DNA of 63,431 nucleotides, counting the filler, from Sphaeroforma arctica JP610 (Eukaryota): assembly GCF_001186125.1 (NCBI RefSeq). It is 8 parts of 3 records of this genome, joined end to end, with 100 filler letters (N's around TTAATTAATTAA, not from the genome) between each part and the next. Parts side by side here need not be neighbours in the genome. Positions count along the whole stretch, not along the records: positions 9,870 to 30,758 come from NW_014040545.1; 7 more parts are not named here. One strand, given 5' to 3'. Positions 11,320 through 22,660 of the stretch are shown here, one piece after another (position 1 is the first letter of the stretch; each line of letters begins with the position of its first letter). The position numbers and the translations under genes were made by a program. A model generated the notes under the pieces. That model searched no databases and was not told the DNA's origin. It was given only the letters and a program-made list of their open reading frames with translations.

Positions 11320-14300
11320 GAGGTGAGGGTGTCTGAGTCGGATAGGAGCTTCATATTTGTTACCACGATTGGAGCAGTGATGGCAATACAAGACCCATTG
11401 CTGACGTCAGATAACTGAGTCTATATTCAAGTACAAATCAACAGACGTACGTTCAAATCCTTGATAGACACGGGAGCAAATAGAAGTTGTATCTCACAGA
11501 CATCCGCAGACCTCCTTGGCCGACCAATAACTCCGGCACCACCTGGGTCATTTATATATTTAGCTGACAAGGCGGTTCGAACTCCTCGACTGGGGACGAC
11601 GGAAGTGGTACCTATAAGGTACGGCACCAGAATTATCGACGGTTCATTGGAATTGATGAACTTGCCGGCTGGTATAGATGTCATAGTGGGGCAAGATATG
11701 TTGAAAGGCTTGGGCCTATACATAGGCGGTATCCGATCGCCACTTGCACCAATAGACCCCATACCACGCCGACAAGCACCTAACACGCCGGAACCCGTCG
11801 ATGTACGCCAACGGTTGGCACAAGATTTGGAAGCCAATGCGAAGATTGCCGACAACGCACGCTGTCGTCTGGAAGGGAGTGAGGTAACCATCCCAGTAAC
11901 CCATGAACAAGCGATGCAGATGCGTAAATCGACGCGTAACTTCGTATCCGATCGATGGCTCCCCTATGTGGATGAACAAGTGAAGAATTGGTTGACGGAT
12001 TTGGTGATTACGAAACGAACGACACCAACGACTGTTAATCTTCCTCTCCTTGCGGTACCGACATTCGATGCGGAAGGCAACGTCAAGAAGGTACGCGTGT
12101 GTTTAGATATGCGTGCCGTTAACGCGCTTATTCCTGGTATCCAGTTCTTGATCCCCAAGGTCAACGAACTCATATCTCGCCTCAAGAGTAAGAAGTACTA
12201 CACGACGCTGGACATATCGGCTGCATACCACAGGCTGCCCATCCATCCAGACTCACAATACTTATTTAGTTTTACACACGAACGTTATCAGTACTCGTTC
12301 ACATCAGCACCGTTCGGTCTTCGTGTACTCACGCAGCAGTTCCAACGTACCTTGAGTACGATACTTGATGGCTTACCGGTTCACCACTATATCGATGACA
12401 TAGTTATCGCTAGTGACGATTATGACGAACACGTTAGGACGGTGCAGAAGGTGATACAACGCTTAACATACCACAGTTTTAAGCTTAACCCTGCCAAGTG
12501 CCACTTCGCTATTTCCGAAGTCATGATCCTAGGGAAGAAAGTATCGGCACAAGGCATTGACATTGACCATGAAAAGCAGGCCAAGCTGATCGACTGGCCC
12601 ACACCACTACGGTGCAAAGATATAGCCTCGGCGTTGGGTTTAGCAAATTACCTCCACGAACATCTGCCTAATTTCGCGAACACGGTCGCACCCTTGCACG
12701 AATTTTGCAAACTCAAACCAAAGGAGTTGATAGGTGATCGTTGGGAGGAGAGACATGCACAGGCGTGGCAGGCAATGAAAGACGCAGTGGTGAATGCTGT
12801 GGCGCTACACTTTCCGGTCGACGGCATTCCTTTGAACTTGGAAACCGACGCTAGCGATTACGGTTTGGGGGGAGCGCTATTCCAATGGGTCGACGGTAAG
12901 AAACATTACTTAATGTTCTTTAGTAGGACTCTGAACCATGCGCAACAGAACTACGCCACACCTATGAAGGAGTTACTGGCATTGGTATATGTACTGACAC
13001 ATTTCAGGGAATACTTGGATGGGCAACGGTTTGCGGTCTTCACGGACCACAAGGCCCTTGTGTATATGAACATACAGCTCAAGCTCATCATATCATTGCG
13101 CCATTCAACTTCACCATATCGCATATACCAGGAGAGACAAATGTGCTCCCGGACATGTTAAGTAGAGTACACGAGGGGACAGCGGAGCAGGACGAACTCG
13201 AAATAACGTACACAGACTGCTGGTAGTTATTCCCTAGTTACTTTGAACAAGCGCAACAACACTTCGGACCGAATGACATGGATGTATTTGCGGACCCAAC
13301 CAACGCTCAGCTTCCTCGGTTCTGGACGAAGGATGATGGGGGAGGAGCGTTTGCCCACGACTGGTCGATAGTCGATGGATGGATGGACCCGCCATGGAAA
13401 CAGATACACAGGATGTTACGCAAGATACGAGCCGACGGCGCACGGGCCACAGTATGTCTACCATGGGTACCAAGAGCACCATGGTTTGACCTGTTCAAGC
13501 AGTTATTGCAGACAGAACCGGTGCTGGTACCACGGACACCACACACGTTCCTCAAGTACGCTAAGTACGCATGTGGGAAGACACCATGGGGTCATACGGT
13601 AGTAGCACGGGTGGGTCCTCCCAATGGGTTCAAACTGGACCCGCTGTTTTCACAGCGACTTGGTTATGCAGAACCAAAGCATACAAAATATGTCATGTGC
13701 TTAGATACAGCGCGAGAAATCTCAGTGGCAATGGCAGATGCAGAGGGTCAACCGGCGTTTGAACAAGCGAGTCCGGAGGAGAAACAGCGCCGTACGCAAC
13801 TCACGCAAGCGCAACACGAACAAGGACATCATGGGGCGGCGGACACAGTCCAACAACTTCGTCAGAGCGGTCATGTTTGGCCAGGGGCACTTGAGTTAGC
13901 CACAGAGGTTAAGCGGCAATGTGGCACATGTTTGGGACAGGACACACTTAGTAAAGTTTCCACCCGATGATTAGCATCGATGTACGCTACGCGTGGGACC
14001 ATATTCAAGTGGACTACATCCCTATGCCACTGGAGTCCAGACGCAAGAACAATTATATTCTTCACGTCTTGGACATCGCCACAGGCTATTCTATCCTTCG
14101 AGCCACACCGGACAAGACAAAGGAAACCACGACACAGACACTCATAGAGATTTTTGGCTAACATGGCTTCCCTCGTAAAATCCAAACAGACATGGGGAAT
14201 GAGTTCACTAACAAGATAGTGGAGCTACTGGTGCAAGAAGTGGGGATGCTACATAAGGTGTCTCCACCATATCGACCCCAAGTGCTGGGCGCGGCGGAAC

Positions 14301-15066
14301 GACGTCATAAGGAGATTACACGTTCTATTCGACAATGCTGTGAGGCAGTTCCCCTTCGATGGGACGAACGCCTTCCGTTTACGATGCTATACCAGAACCT
14401 TCGGATATCCCGCCGCCATAAAAGTGCACCGTTTAGCGTGTACTTTGGCCGCCGCCATGTTCCGTTCGCCGATTTCACGGACGAGTTACCGGATTCTCAG
14501 CCGATGACGAATGACACCTGGGCACAACGATTAGACCAGTTACAGGACACTATATTGCCGACCCTCCACCACATTACCAAGAAGTATACAGGCAAGGTTA
14601 CGACGACATTTGACCGCCTGCATGCTCACGATTGGTACATTTCGTCGAAGGAGATGTGGTCATGGTATGATCAGAAGGCCGAACAACTAAGGCTATGCGG
14701 CCATTGTTTGGACCATATGTAGTCAAAGCTAGACACGGTCAACGCTATGAGTTAGCGAACAAAGATGGTTCCGCCCCACCAGAATTCAAGGACAAACCGG
14801 TACGGGTGGAACTCCTCCGTTTAGTGCATAGACACACAGACCCACCAATCAACGAAGACTTATGGACCGAAGGAGGGGTTGAGTTTTGCCATATTATCAC
14901 ACACCGTACGAATGGTGAGACGGGGAAATTAAAATACCTGGTGAGATGGCGAGAAGGCAAACCAACGTGGGAAACAGCAGAAGCTTTTGATGATGCCAAC
15001 GATATCGCGGCCTACCACAAACCTTCGCAGACACGGACACGTAAACGCCAACGCGCACAAATCTAA
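11320..15066 (+). pseudogene. pol: pol polyprotein of family A (protease, RT, RNase H, Dam-like methyltransferase, integrase, chromodomain), disrupted
   Basis: ORF pieces 11461-13161, 13278-13970, 13967-14161, 14192-14722 and 14695-15066 carry the motifs in order; stops/frameshifts at ~11416, ~13085, 13224, ~13945, 14159 and ~14630. Confidence 0.93.
13215..13620 (+). other. Dam-like amino-methyltransferase domain inside family A pol
   Basis: DCW*LFPSYFEQAQQHFGPNDMDVFADPTNAQLPRFW...AFAHDW...WMDPPWKQIHRMLRKI...ATVCLPWVPRAPWF; DPPW at 13386-13397; same frame as the RNase H end and the integrase HHCC. Confidence 0.88.
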
Positions 15067-15126
15067 TGATAACTCTTTGTCGACCATTCGGTCGAACGGT
15101 ACGCTCGAACCGTGATCTTCGAGCCC

Positions 15127-15222
15127 TCTAGCTCTCAGAGGTTAAATGCCAGCACACTGCTCTAGCTCTCGGAGGATAACTGCCAGCACACTGCTCTAGC
15201 TCTCAGAGGATAAATGCCAGTA
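15127..15222 (+). repeat. ~32-bp tandem repeat x3 in the family A 3' UTR
   Basis: CTCTAGCTCTCRGAGGWTAAMTGCCAGCACACTG units. Confidence 0.85.
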
Positions 15223-15299
15223 CATAAGGTACTATGTTATTCTTATCATCTCTGAAACTGGCACACTGCTTTGTTGAGTGCTTCAGTTGGGGGGGGAGT

Positions 15300-15551
15300 T
15301 GTGGTCAGAATACAAGTACTTAGATTTTTTTTTGATTATTTTAGGTTTATTACAAGTTTTTACAGCTTATCAGAATAATCTGATAAACTGGGTTTTATGA
15401 TTTTGCTGATTTTACAGCACATGACTAAAGACTCATTTTAAGAGACATTCATCTTAGGATTACTGTTTATAATTATTAATAAATGAACAACGTCCCCCTC
15501 CCTGAGGAGGGAGAACGTTGAGATACAGTTATCTAGCGTATACTTACTACA
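15300..15551 (+). repeat. 3' LTR, Gypsy family A
   Basis: Follows the PPT; TGTGGT...ACTACA; contains AATAAA; followed by CGAA. Confidence 0.93.
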
Positions 15552-16555
15552 CGAAGCAAGCCAACAATTCTTCACATTCTCGTGGAGAGGAGCGCAATAC
15601 TCATTCAAGTCTGCGCCGTTTGGACTACACTCACTCACAGCACATTTCCAGAGAGTCATGGCAAATCTGCTCATAGATATCAAAGGAGTGTAAGTGTATG
15701 TATATGACATAGTCATTGCGAGTCTTACAGAAGAAGAACACCACAAGACAGTTCGTGAAGTAATCAAACGACTAAACAGCGCGAACTTCCGACTCAATCA
15801 CAACAAGTGTGCCTTCGCGGTCAAAGTGGTCAACATTCTTGGGGTGAAAGTCATCACACAGGGCCTCTAAGCAGACCCCGAGAAACAGAAAAGAATGATG
15901 GACTGGCCACTACCCAGGACAAAAAGAAATCTGCACAAAGCAGTGGGACTAGCAAATTACATGCGAGACCATGTCCCCAACTTTGCCCATACAACGAAAC
16001 ACTTTCGGAACCTAATGAAAGGAAAAATGAACCAGAACATATCCATGTTATGGACACTGGAACTAATCAAGAAGTGGGAAGAACTCAAAGAAGGCATCGC
16101 CTGTTCATCGACGCTAGCATACCCTGTTGATGGGGTACCGTTTCAAATTATCAATGATGCTAGTGACTATGGCATAGGAGGGTGTTTATTTCAAGTCATT
16201 GATGGAGTCAGAAGAGACATTTTCTACTTCTCAAAAGGCTTGAATCCAGCACAACAACGCTATGGCACAAATACCAAAGAGCTACTAGCACTGGTATATA
16301 GCCTGGAACATTTCTCCGAATACATCAAAGGGGGGGGGACATAACACTGTGGACAGATCACAAAGTGCTCACGCAAATGAACAGTCAACAGACGTTACAC
16401 CCAATGCTAGCCAAGTGGATAGCAAAAACGTTCCACCACCACTTCTCCATCATACATGTCCCAGAAAAGTATTACAGCAGGCGAATGAGGCAACACATAA
16501 TAGCCAAGAGCACACCACCTTGGAAACGAACATGCCCATAACCATCTCGGCTATA

Positions 16556-16935
16556 GACTGGATGTTACATCCCAGATTCTACCAAGAAACGGAACGAAGA
16601 TTTGGGAAGTTCACAGTATATCTGTTTGCATCGGCACACAATGCGCACACAAATAAATACTACACCAAAGAACAGAATGCGCTAAAACAAAAATGGGCGC
16701 AAGAAGTTAATGCACGGGTGAATCCACCATGGGAACTCATACCTGATATCCTTGACAAAGTCATTGAAGAGGCAACCAGCATCACGATATGTGTACCATA
16801 CTACCCCAAAGTTCTTGTCCTTACTAGAAGAAGACCCGATACTAGTGGAAAACACTAACAACACGTTCCTCAAAGAGGGCAAGAAGGCTTGCGGCAAGAC
16901 CCCATGGGGTGTCACATTAGTCGCAAAGATAGGAG
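16556..16935 (+). other. Dam-like amino-methyltransferase domain inside family B pol
   Basis: DWMLHPRFYQETERRFGKFTVYLFASAHNAHTNKYYTKEQNALKQKW...VNPPWELIPDILDKV...ITICVPYYPK, then after a frameshift at ~16810 LLEEDPILV...ACGKTPWGVTLVAKIG; NPPW at 16721-16732. Confidence 0.88.
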
Positions 16936-17931
16936 CTAAGTCTCCATACTTCGACTCAACGCGAGAACAACTTGCTATACACGTTGCAGTGTCGGAACCA
17001 GTTCACTCTGGAGATGCACCACAGGCAACAGAATATGAGACACGTGTCAGCTTCAATGAGCAATACCACAACTTGGGACATTACACTTCTGAGGAAACAA
17101 TACACAAGTTACAAACAGATGGACATGATTGGGCTGATATACAACAACATGTACACAAGTTCATTGACGGATGTATACCATGTCTCAAAAATAAAATACA
17201 CAAGAAGGGATTTCACCCCTTACAATCAATTACAGCCGCGTATCCAAGCGACAGAGTCCAAGTGGATACCATAGGGTTACTTTTGGATTCCAATAGAGGA
17301 CACACATACGTGTTAGTATACCTTGACGTATACTCATCATAACTCCATACTCTACACACAGGCCTCCATTCAAGGTGATAATCCCAGGAGTTTCTACTGC
17401 AATGGACAGATGGGAAGCGTACATGGAAGCATGAATCAGAAATCGGATATGCTGATGTTCTAACACTATACAGTCAACGCACTTGACCCAAACGAAGGCA
17501 ATCAAGGCCGACGAAATCAACAGCAACGAGCACTGATGTAAGATTAGCGAGCAACAGAAGGTGCACAAGGCGGACGTAGCCAAGTTTCACTGATACCAAG
17601 GTCACTCCCACTTTTCTCATCTGGAAGCATGCTCCGCCCGAAAGCCAGAGGGATAAGGACAAAGACTGAGTTTTAGAGCCACCGTTTTCTAAATCAAGTT
17701 GAGATCAACCGAGAGCACAGGTCAAGACTAACTACGTGGGTAAGAACTCCCGTCATAGTACAATTAATGAATAATGTATGTAAGCATAAATAATGGAGAC
17801 AAGTTTTCATCTTTACCCCCTTAAGGACAAGTCATTTTTCCCTGTACAAAAAACACCAAGCACTAGGTAATTTAGTACTATAAGATGCCACTTTCTACTT
17901 CTACGAGGCTAGAAGCACAAATTTGGGGGGC

Positions 17932-18252
17932 TGTAACATCTAAGGACCATATTATCGTCGATTTTAAACGCAAAACCACAGAATCATCAAATACTGTTGA
18001 GTTTTAAAATTAGAATTCAAATATTCCTGATAATAGTCATCAGAAATATTAGCGGTAGAACCGATAAGCTGTACCGGGACTCCGCGTGGGAGAGAAACGC
18101 TCAAGTAGAAACCTGAGTCTAGTGAATCAGAAGATATAAATAAAGGCTCAGTTCGGTTCTCTCAGACTTTGGACTTTTCCTAGCTGAGATAACTGTACTT
18201 GAGAAGAGGTCTATTGTATCCTTTGAGTCTCAGCTAATCTCTGCACTCTACA
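17932..18252 (+). repeat. 3' LTR, Gypsy family B
   Basis: TGTAACA...CTCTACA after a G-rich PPT; homologous to the reverse complement of 6331-6670. Confidence 0.85.
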
Positions 18253-18866
18253 ACCACCCAACCCAGTGAGGATCAAAACCTTGCCCACACTGCAGCGTGT
18301 ACCCTTCACCATATGCGTTCAGCAAGTGCCATAAGAAGGGAGAAAGCAACCTCCAGAAAGCAGCAGCTCGTACAGCGCAGCAATCTGAACCCGTACGTCA
18401 TGTAGACCAGCTATGCCATTACTATGCCACAACGCAGAAGGGAGCTGTCCCCCAGCATCCACGCCACAGTCGACACTCGACACTCGACACCGCTTCTGAA
18501 AGCATTTTTTTCAGTAAATTTACCTGCGACATTGTGATGCCTGTCCCCGTACAAAAGATTATCCACGCCCTGTCGTGAAGCCTGCCACTATACATGAGAT
18601 CGTCTACTCTTCAGGAAGTCAACGTTTTCGGCAATTTCATCCAGTCAACAGTCCCAACGAGTCAACGTTTTCATCAATTTTCATCGAGTCTATCCTCAAC
18701 AGCTCCAATTCGTCAACGTTTTCGACAAATATTCATCTGTTTGTTCAACGTTTTCGCCCAACCCATCTACAGAAGTGTCAGAGTCAAAAATTTCACGATC
18801 TAGGTCTTCAGCCTTCAGCCTTTAGCCTTCAGCCCTTGATTGTAAAATTGAGGGGGAGTGAGAAAC

Positions 18867-21379
18867 TACATAATTTTTTTTTAATACTTAGAAAATGTTG
18901 CACTTTTGCATTTTTACACACACGTTTATTACATCGATCTTTATTGTTGTTGTTCATGTTGTAGCACTTTTGTCAATTGCTTGTCCTTTCTGATCTCACG
19001 TATTAGGCCCGCAATGCTTAGAGTTTCACCAAATGCATGATAGAGCTTCTCAATCGACAAATCTATCGAATTACCGCGGGCGTTGAGCCTCTCCATTGCC
19101 CTCCAGAAAGTTAGTCGAAAGCTATAAACTCCCTTTACACTACCTCTCTCTGCACGCGTAAAAAGACTCGCCGGTTTGTTTCCATTTATACCTCTCTCGT
19201 ACTCGTCCCAGAGTATTCTGAGCGATTTCGGACCGTCTATCAACTCTGCGGGACGATTATCGCTGTTGTTACTGTTGCTGCTTTCACCATTGTTGTGTGT
19301 GCTCTCACTATTTGCATTATCGTTGTTGTTTGGCTGGTTTCCGCTAGTAGCAATTTGTCTTGCACGGAAATTCATGGTGTTGAACTGGCTCATCAGCACA
19401 CGCCGTGTGCGCTTGAGCTCCGCCCTCAGCTGCTGAATTCGTGCGCAACCTTTTGCTTCGGAAGTCTGTAACATTTGTTTTAAATTTATAACTTCTGCCA
19501 TCAAGGATATAATTTGATTTTGTAATTCTGTAACATTGGTAGCATTAGGATTAGCATTGGAACTGATGCCTTCTACCTCCTGAGCACAGAAATCGTCAGC
19601 ACCTGCAGTGATGGTGACAACTGGCACACGTAAAACAACCTTCCGTATTTCGTCATCTGATATATTTGGACTGATATTCTTGATCAGGGTGATACAATGT
19701 TCATGAAAAGTATCATGGACGAGAATACTTCTATCAAGACCCAGCTACAACGCTACTGTAGCTATTATTCTTTTGTGGTGCGCGTGCAAAAAAGGAAGAT
19801 CGTATAGACCTTCAACAACTGTACTCAAAACTTCAGTGGTAACAATAGCACTAAAATCATTGCTAACACGATACTTACAGGCCCCACGCGGTCCACAAAG
19901 AATTTCAGACACTCTCGCATCAGGGAACGGCATAAGATCACTTGAATAGGTATCCACTTGTCTAGTCCCTCGTATTTGACTTCCGCCCATCTTACTCTTT
20001 GCCCATCTACCTCGAGCCTCCGCATGATCTTTTGTGAGTCCTCGTCGCTGTATATATGTTGCACTACATTTACGCATACTATGCGTACCAAGTTCATTTA
20101 TCTCTCCTTTGGCCTTAAACTCGGGTAAAGAGATAATCTTTTTGATTCTACTGCGTGACACATCGGTTCTTAATTTCTCGTCTCGACCAGTCGATCCATT
20201 GGATGTGAACATATAGCCGAGATCTAAGTTGCTAAATGTTGAACGACCACGAAGTCGATCAATGATATGTGCTGTGAGTGCTGATAGTGCACAAATATAT
20301 GGGTCTAGAGATCCAAGAACAACTTGTCTACTCACTTGCGATTTCTTAGCAATGTTTTTGCTCCTAGCTATCTCAAGAAAAACCTCATCAGGATGGTCTT
20401 CGTTGTATTTTAGATTACTGTATGTGATATTCGTCGCATCATCTACACGACATATCAACTGGAAAGTCCATGTCCATAAACCATGTAGCCCGCTATCCTG
20501 GAAAGCAGTATTTTCGATGTTGATCGTTAGAATAGACATAATCTCATCGAACTTTAGGGGTCGTTTGGATAAGTCCGCATTTCTTTCACCTCTTGTCTCA
20601 AAACGTTCGATCGCTTTGAGCAAGTCATTTACCTGTCCAGAACGAGTTGGATTCCCTTTCATTTCCACTGGATCCCACTCCAAGCGTTTACGTGGCATAA
20701 ATTTAGATATCGATTTTTTTTATGAACTCTAAGCCAGCTTTCCTACGTTGTGAAGGGTAGTCTTCTGGTCCTGCATCTTCCGTCCCATAGGCCAACTTAT
20801 TGAAGTAGTCACAAATATCTGATGGCAAGATGTCTATTAACTCAGAATATAGTATCATTTGCGTGTCAGGATACTCTTCGTCCCAGTTTTTTTTTCTGGC
20901 CTCCAATACTCCAAAAACCGTCTCATGTTCTTGACATATTCTACCATAACCTTAGCCTGCACCATCTTTATGTGAACTAGTATGCTATACTTATGAACAA
21001 TACATGCACTTAGTGTGATTTTTGTTTAATTTTTAATTTTTACTATCTTGCAGCTTCACACGGTGTTAAATGTGTATACGACCTTTGCGAAAATGTTGTT
21101 TTTTTCACGCGGGATTTACGCCAAAGGAATTTCAGGGATTTCAAAAGGTCAAACAGGGTTGTACAAAACGCTACATTTGTACTACCTACTGTATGACTTA
21201 TGAATTGATGAAAGCTGAAAAATATATTCTTGGAGTAAAAAACACCTTTGCAATTTGAGTCAATTTGTTAAAGTAGTTGCAAAGTTATGTAATGAAAAGT
21301 AGTACAGCCTATCGGATCCAACGAATCGTCATTATACCATCGCGGAGTATGACCATGGTCGTACAACCGATATAATACA
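18867..21379 (-). mobile_element. Crypton-type tyrosine-recombinase DNA transposon (~2.5 kb) with TACA direct repeats
   Basis: TACA at 18867-18870 and 21376-21379; removing the insert restores the Copia LTR; contains a YR ORF, with no RT and no TIRs. Confidence 0.85.
18941..20965 (-). pseudogene. Tyrosine recombinase + C-terminal GCR1_C-like domain (Crypton protein)
   Basis: GNPTRS..VN, ICRVDD (R), SKNI (K), LGTHSMRK (HxxR), RGRW, VDTY (Y); C-terminal LWDEYERGINGNKPA..F...ERG...YSFR..FW. One in-frame TAG (19745-19747) and two homopolymer frameshifts (~20715, ~20890). Confidence 0.85.
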
Positions 21380-21839
21380 GTAGTAGACGTATTTCTATTT
21401 ACGTTAATAACGTTTCACGTCGTCAGCCCGAGAGTAATTTGGGACTTGTTCTCAAATTAATATAAGTAAAGGTGGGTCAGCCCGAGAGAACGTAAGAGTA
21501 ATTTGAGACTTCTTCTCAGATCATTCTAATTATAGAATACGGGCCACCGGCTAGCCGAGAGCCGAGGTCCGAGACTGAGTGTAATAACAGAGAATATGAT
21601 ATATTTATTTCTGGAAAATATATCCGAGTGCTAAAGTGTTCTGAATAAGGTTTCTCATATCGATCATGTGAGTTTTTACCCTGACCAACCCAAGTGGTTG
21701 AACACTAGTACAAACACCATCCTGATATAACTGAGGGTGATATCATAAAAAAATTCATTCGAATGCACCATACTTTACATACACTAGCACTTTATTATTA
21801 GTCCCCACACTGCACTCTAACACCATAGGCAACAAGATA

Positions 21840-22660
21840 CAGGAGATGGATGAAGAAATGTGACATGCTTGGTGGACGGAAGCTAATATGGTAAATATGG
21901 TATACATTGTGAATGCACACACTGATGGAGAAACGTTGTTAATAAACGTAAATGATATTCTTACGCACCTTATTTTGTTCTTTATCTCCTAGCCTATTCC
22001 ACGGCACTACACGGTGCAGACCCGATCCGTACCACAGAGATGGGTACGCTACTTCTTAGTAGGTCAGCAAGCGAATACATGGCAAACTCGATGGTGTCAG
22101 TGTTGTGTGAGCACCGGCCTAAATTAACCCAGCGCATATCTTTCATCGTCGACTCACTTGGCCCAAGCTTCAAACGGGAATTTACTGACCACTTCTTTCC
22201 ATCGATCTTTCCCGAACCACTACAACGGCTATGAGAGCCTTACCATACACACATCGTAACTTATCGCGTCTAAATTTTTTTATTTTATCCCTAACCTATG
22301 AGACCAAAGCAATGCACTGGAAGATTCAGGAGCATAATGTCCATGCATGGATCACAGCGTAGTGAATGAAATTTACTCGTCAGTAAAGGCACAACCCGGC
22401 TATATTCAACTAGCACAATCTGATGTAAGAGTTTAGCGTACAGACTCGACAGAAATATGCGAAATAAACTGTGGCGGAGAAAACCGTCAAACTCTCGACC
22501 TCCCCAACAAGAAGTCACCCATACTTTTAGGTATGGATATTATACCATACTGACATATATTTAGCAGGGATAATTAACCCACTTATACCAACGGATACAA
22601 ATTGGAATCACTTCTTACACCCCATTAATTAGACCTCGAACATGTACAAGAAGATTTTGT
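21840..22660 (+). pseudogene. Gypsy family B gag-end/protease relic
   Basis: EEM*HAWWTEANM...TLLINVNDI and NALEDSGA...QPGYIQLAQSD...PILLGMDIIPY match 3090-3590 (minus). Confidence 0.75.

Larger units (their letters stand above)
9654..15551 (+). mobile_element. Ty3/Gypsy (chromovirus-like) family A: gag, PR-RT-RH-MTase-IN-chromodomain, PPT, 3' LTR
   Basis: LIDTGA protease; RT LDISAAYH / APFG / YIDD; RNase H TDASDYG / KELLA / TDH / HIPGETNVLPDMLSR; HHCC; integrase core VDYIP, TDMGNEF, GAAERRH; GPY; chromodomain YLVRW...PTWE; PPT GGGGGGGGAG before the LTR. Confidence 0.95.
15552..18252 (+). mobile_element. pol: Ty3/Gypsy family B, 3' half (RT remainder, RNase H, Dam-like MTase, integrase N-part, PPT, 3' LTR), degenerate
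   Basis: EASQQFFTFSWRGAQYSFKSAPFG; NDASDYGIGG / KELLA; NPPW domain; YHNLGH...CIPC; VQVDTIG; GGGGGGC|TGTAACATC LTR start. Confidence 0.9.
18253..21822 (+). mobile_element. Copia-type 3' remnant whose 3' LTR (18859-18870 + 21380-21822) is split by a Crypton
   Basis: PPT TTGAGGGGGAG|TGAGAAACTACA. The LTR resumes TACA|GTAGTAGACGTAT...CTCTAACA, matching the reverse complement of 7355-7910. 18400-18858 matches the reverse complement of 24283-24690. Confidence 0.85.

Noticed and set aside
11416..11418. Second in-frame TGA before the family A protease as a recoding signal
   Set aside because: It aligns with an Arg in family B (DQRLNI vs DN*VYI), so it is most simply a CGA>TGA decay mutation.
11461..21379. 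Reading RT-RH-MTase plus the nearby tyrosine recombinase as one DIRS element
   Set aside because: The MTase-bearing elements have protease, DDE integrase, PPT, TG..CA LTRs and a TSD. The YR is on the opposite strand, outside their LTRs, with its own TACA boundaries.
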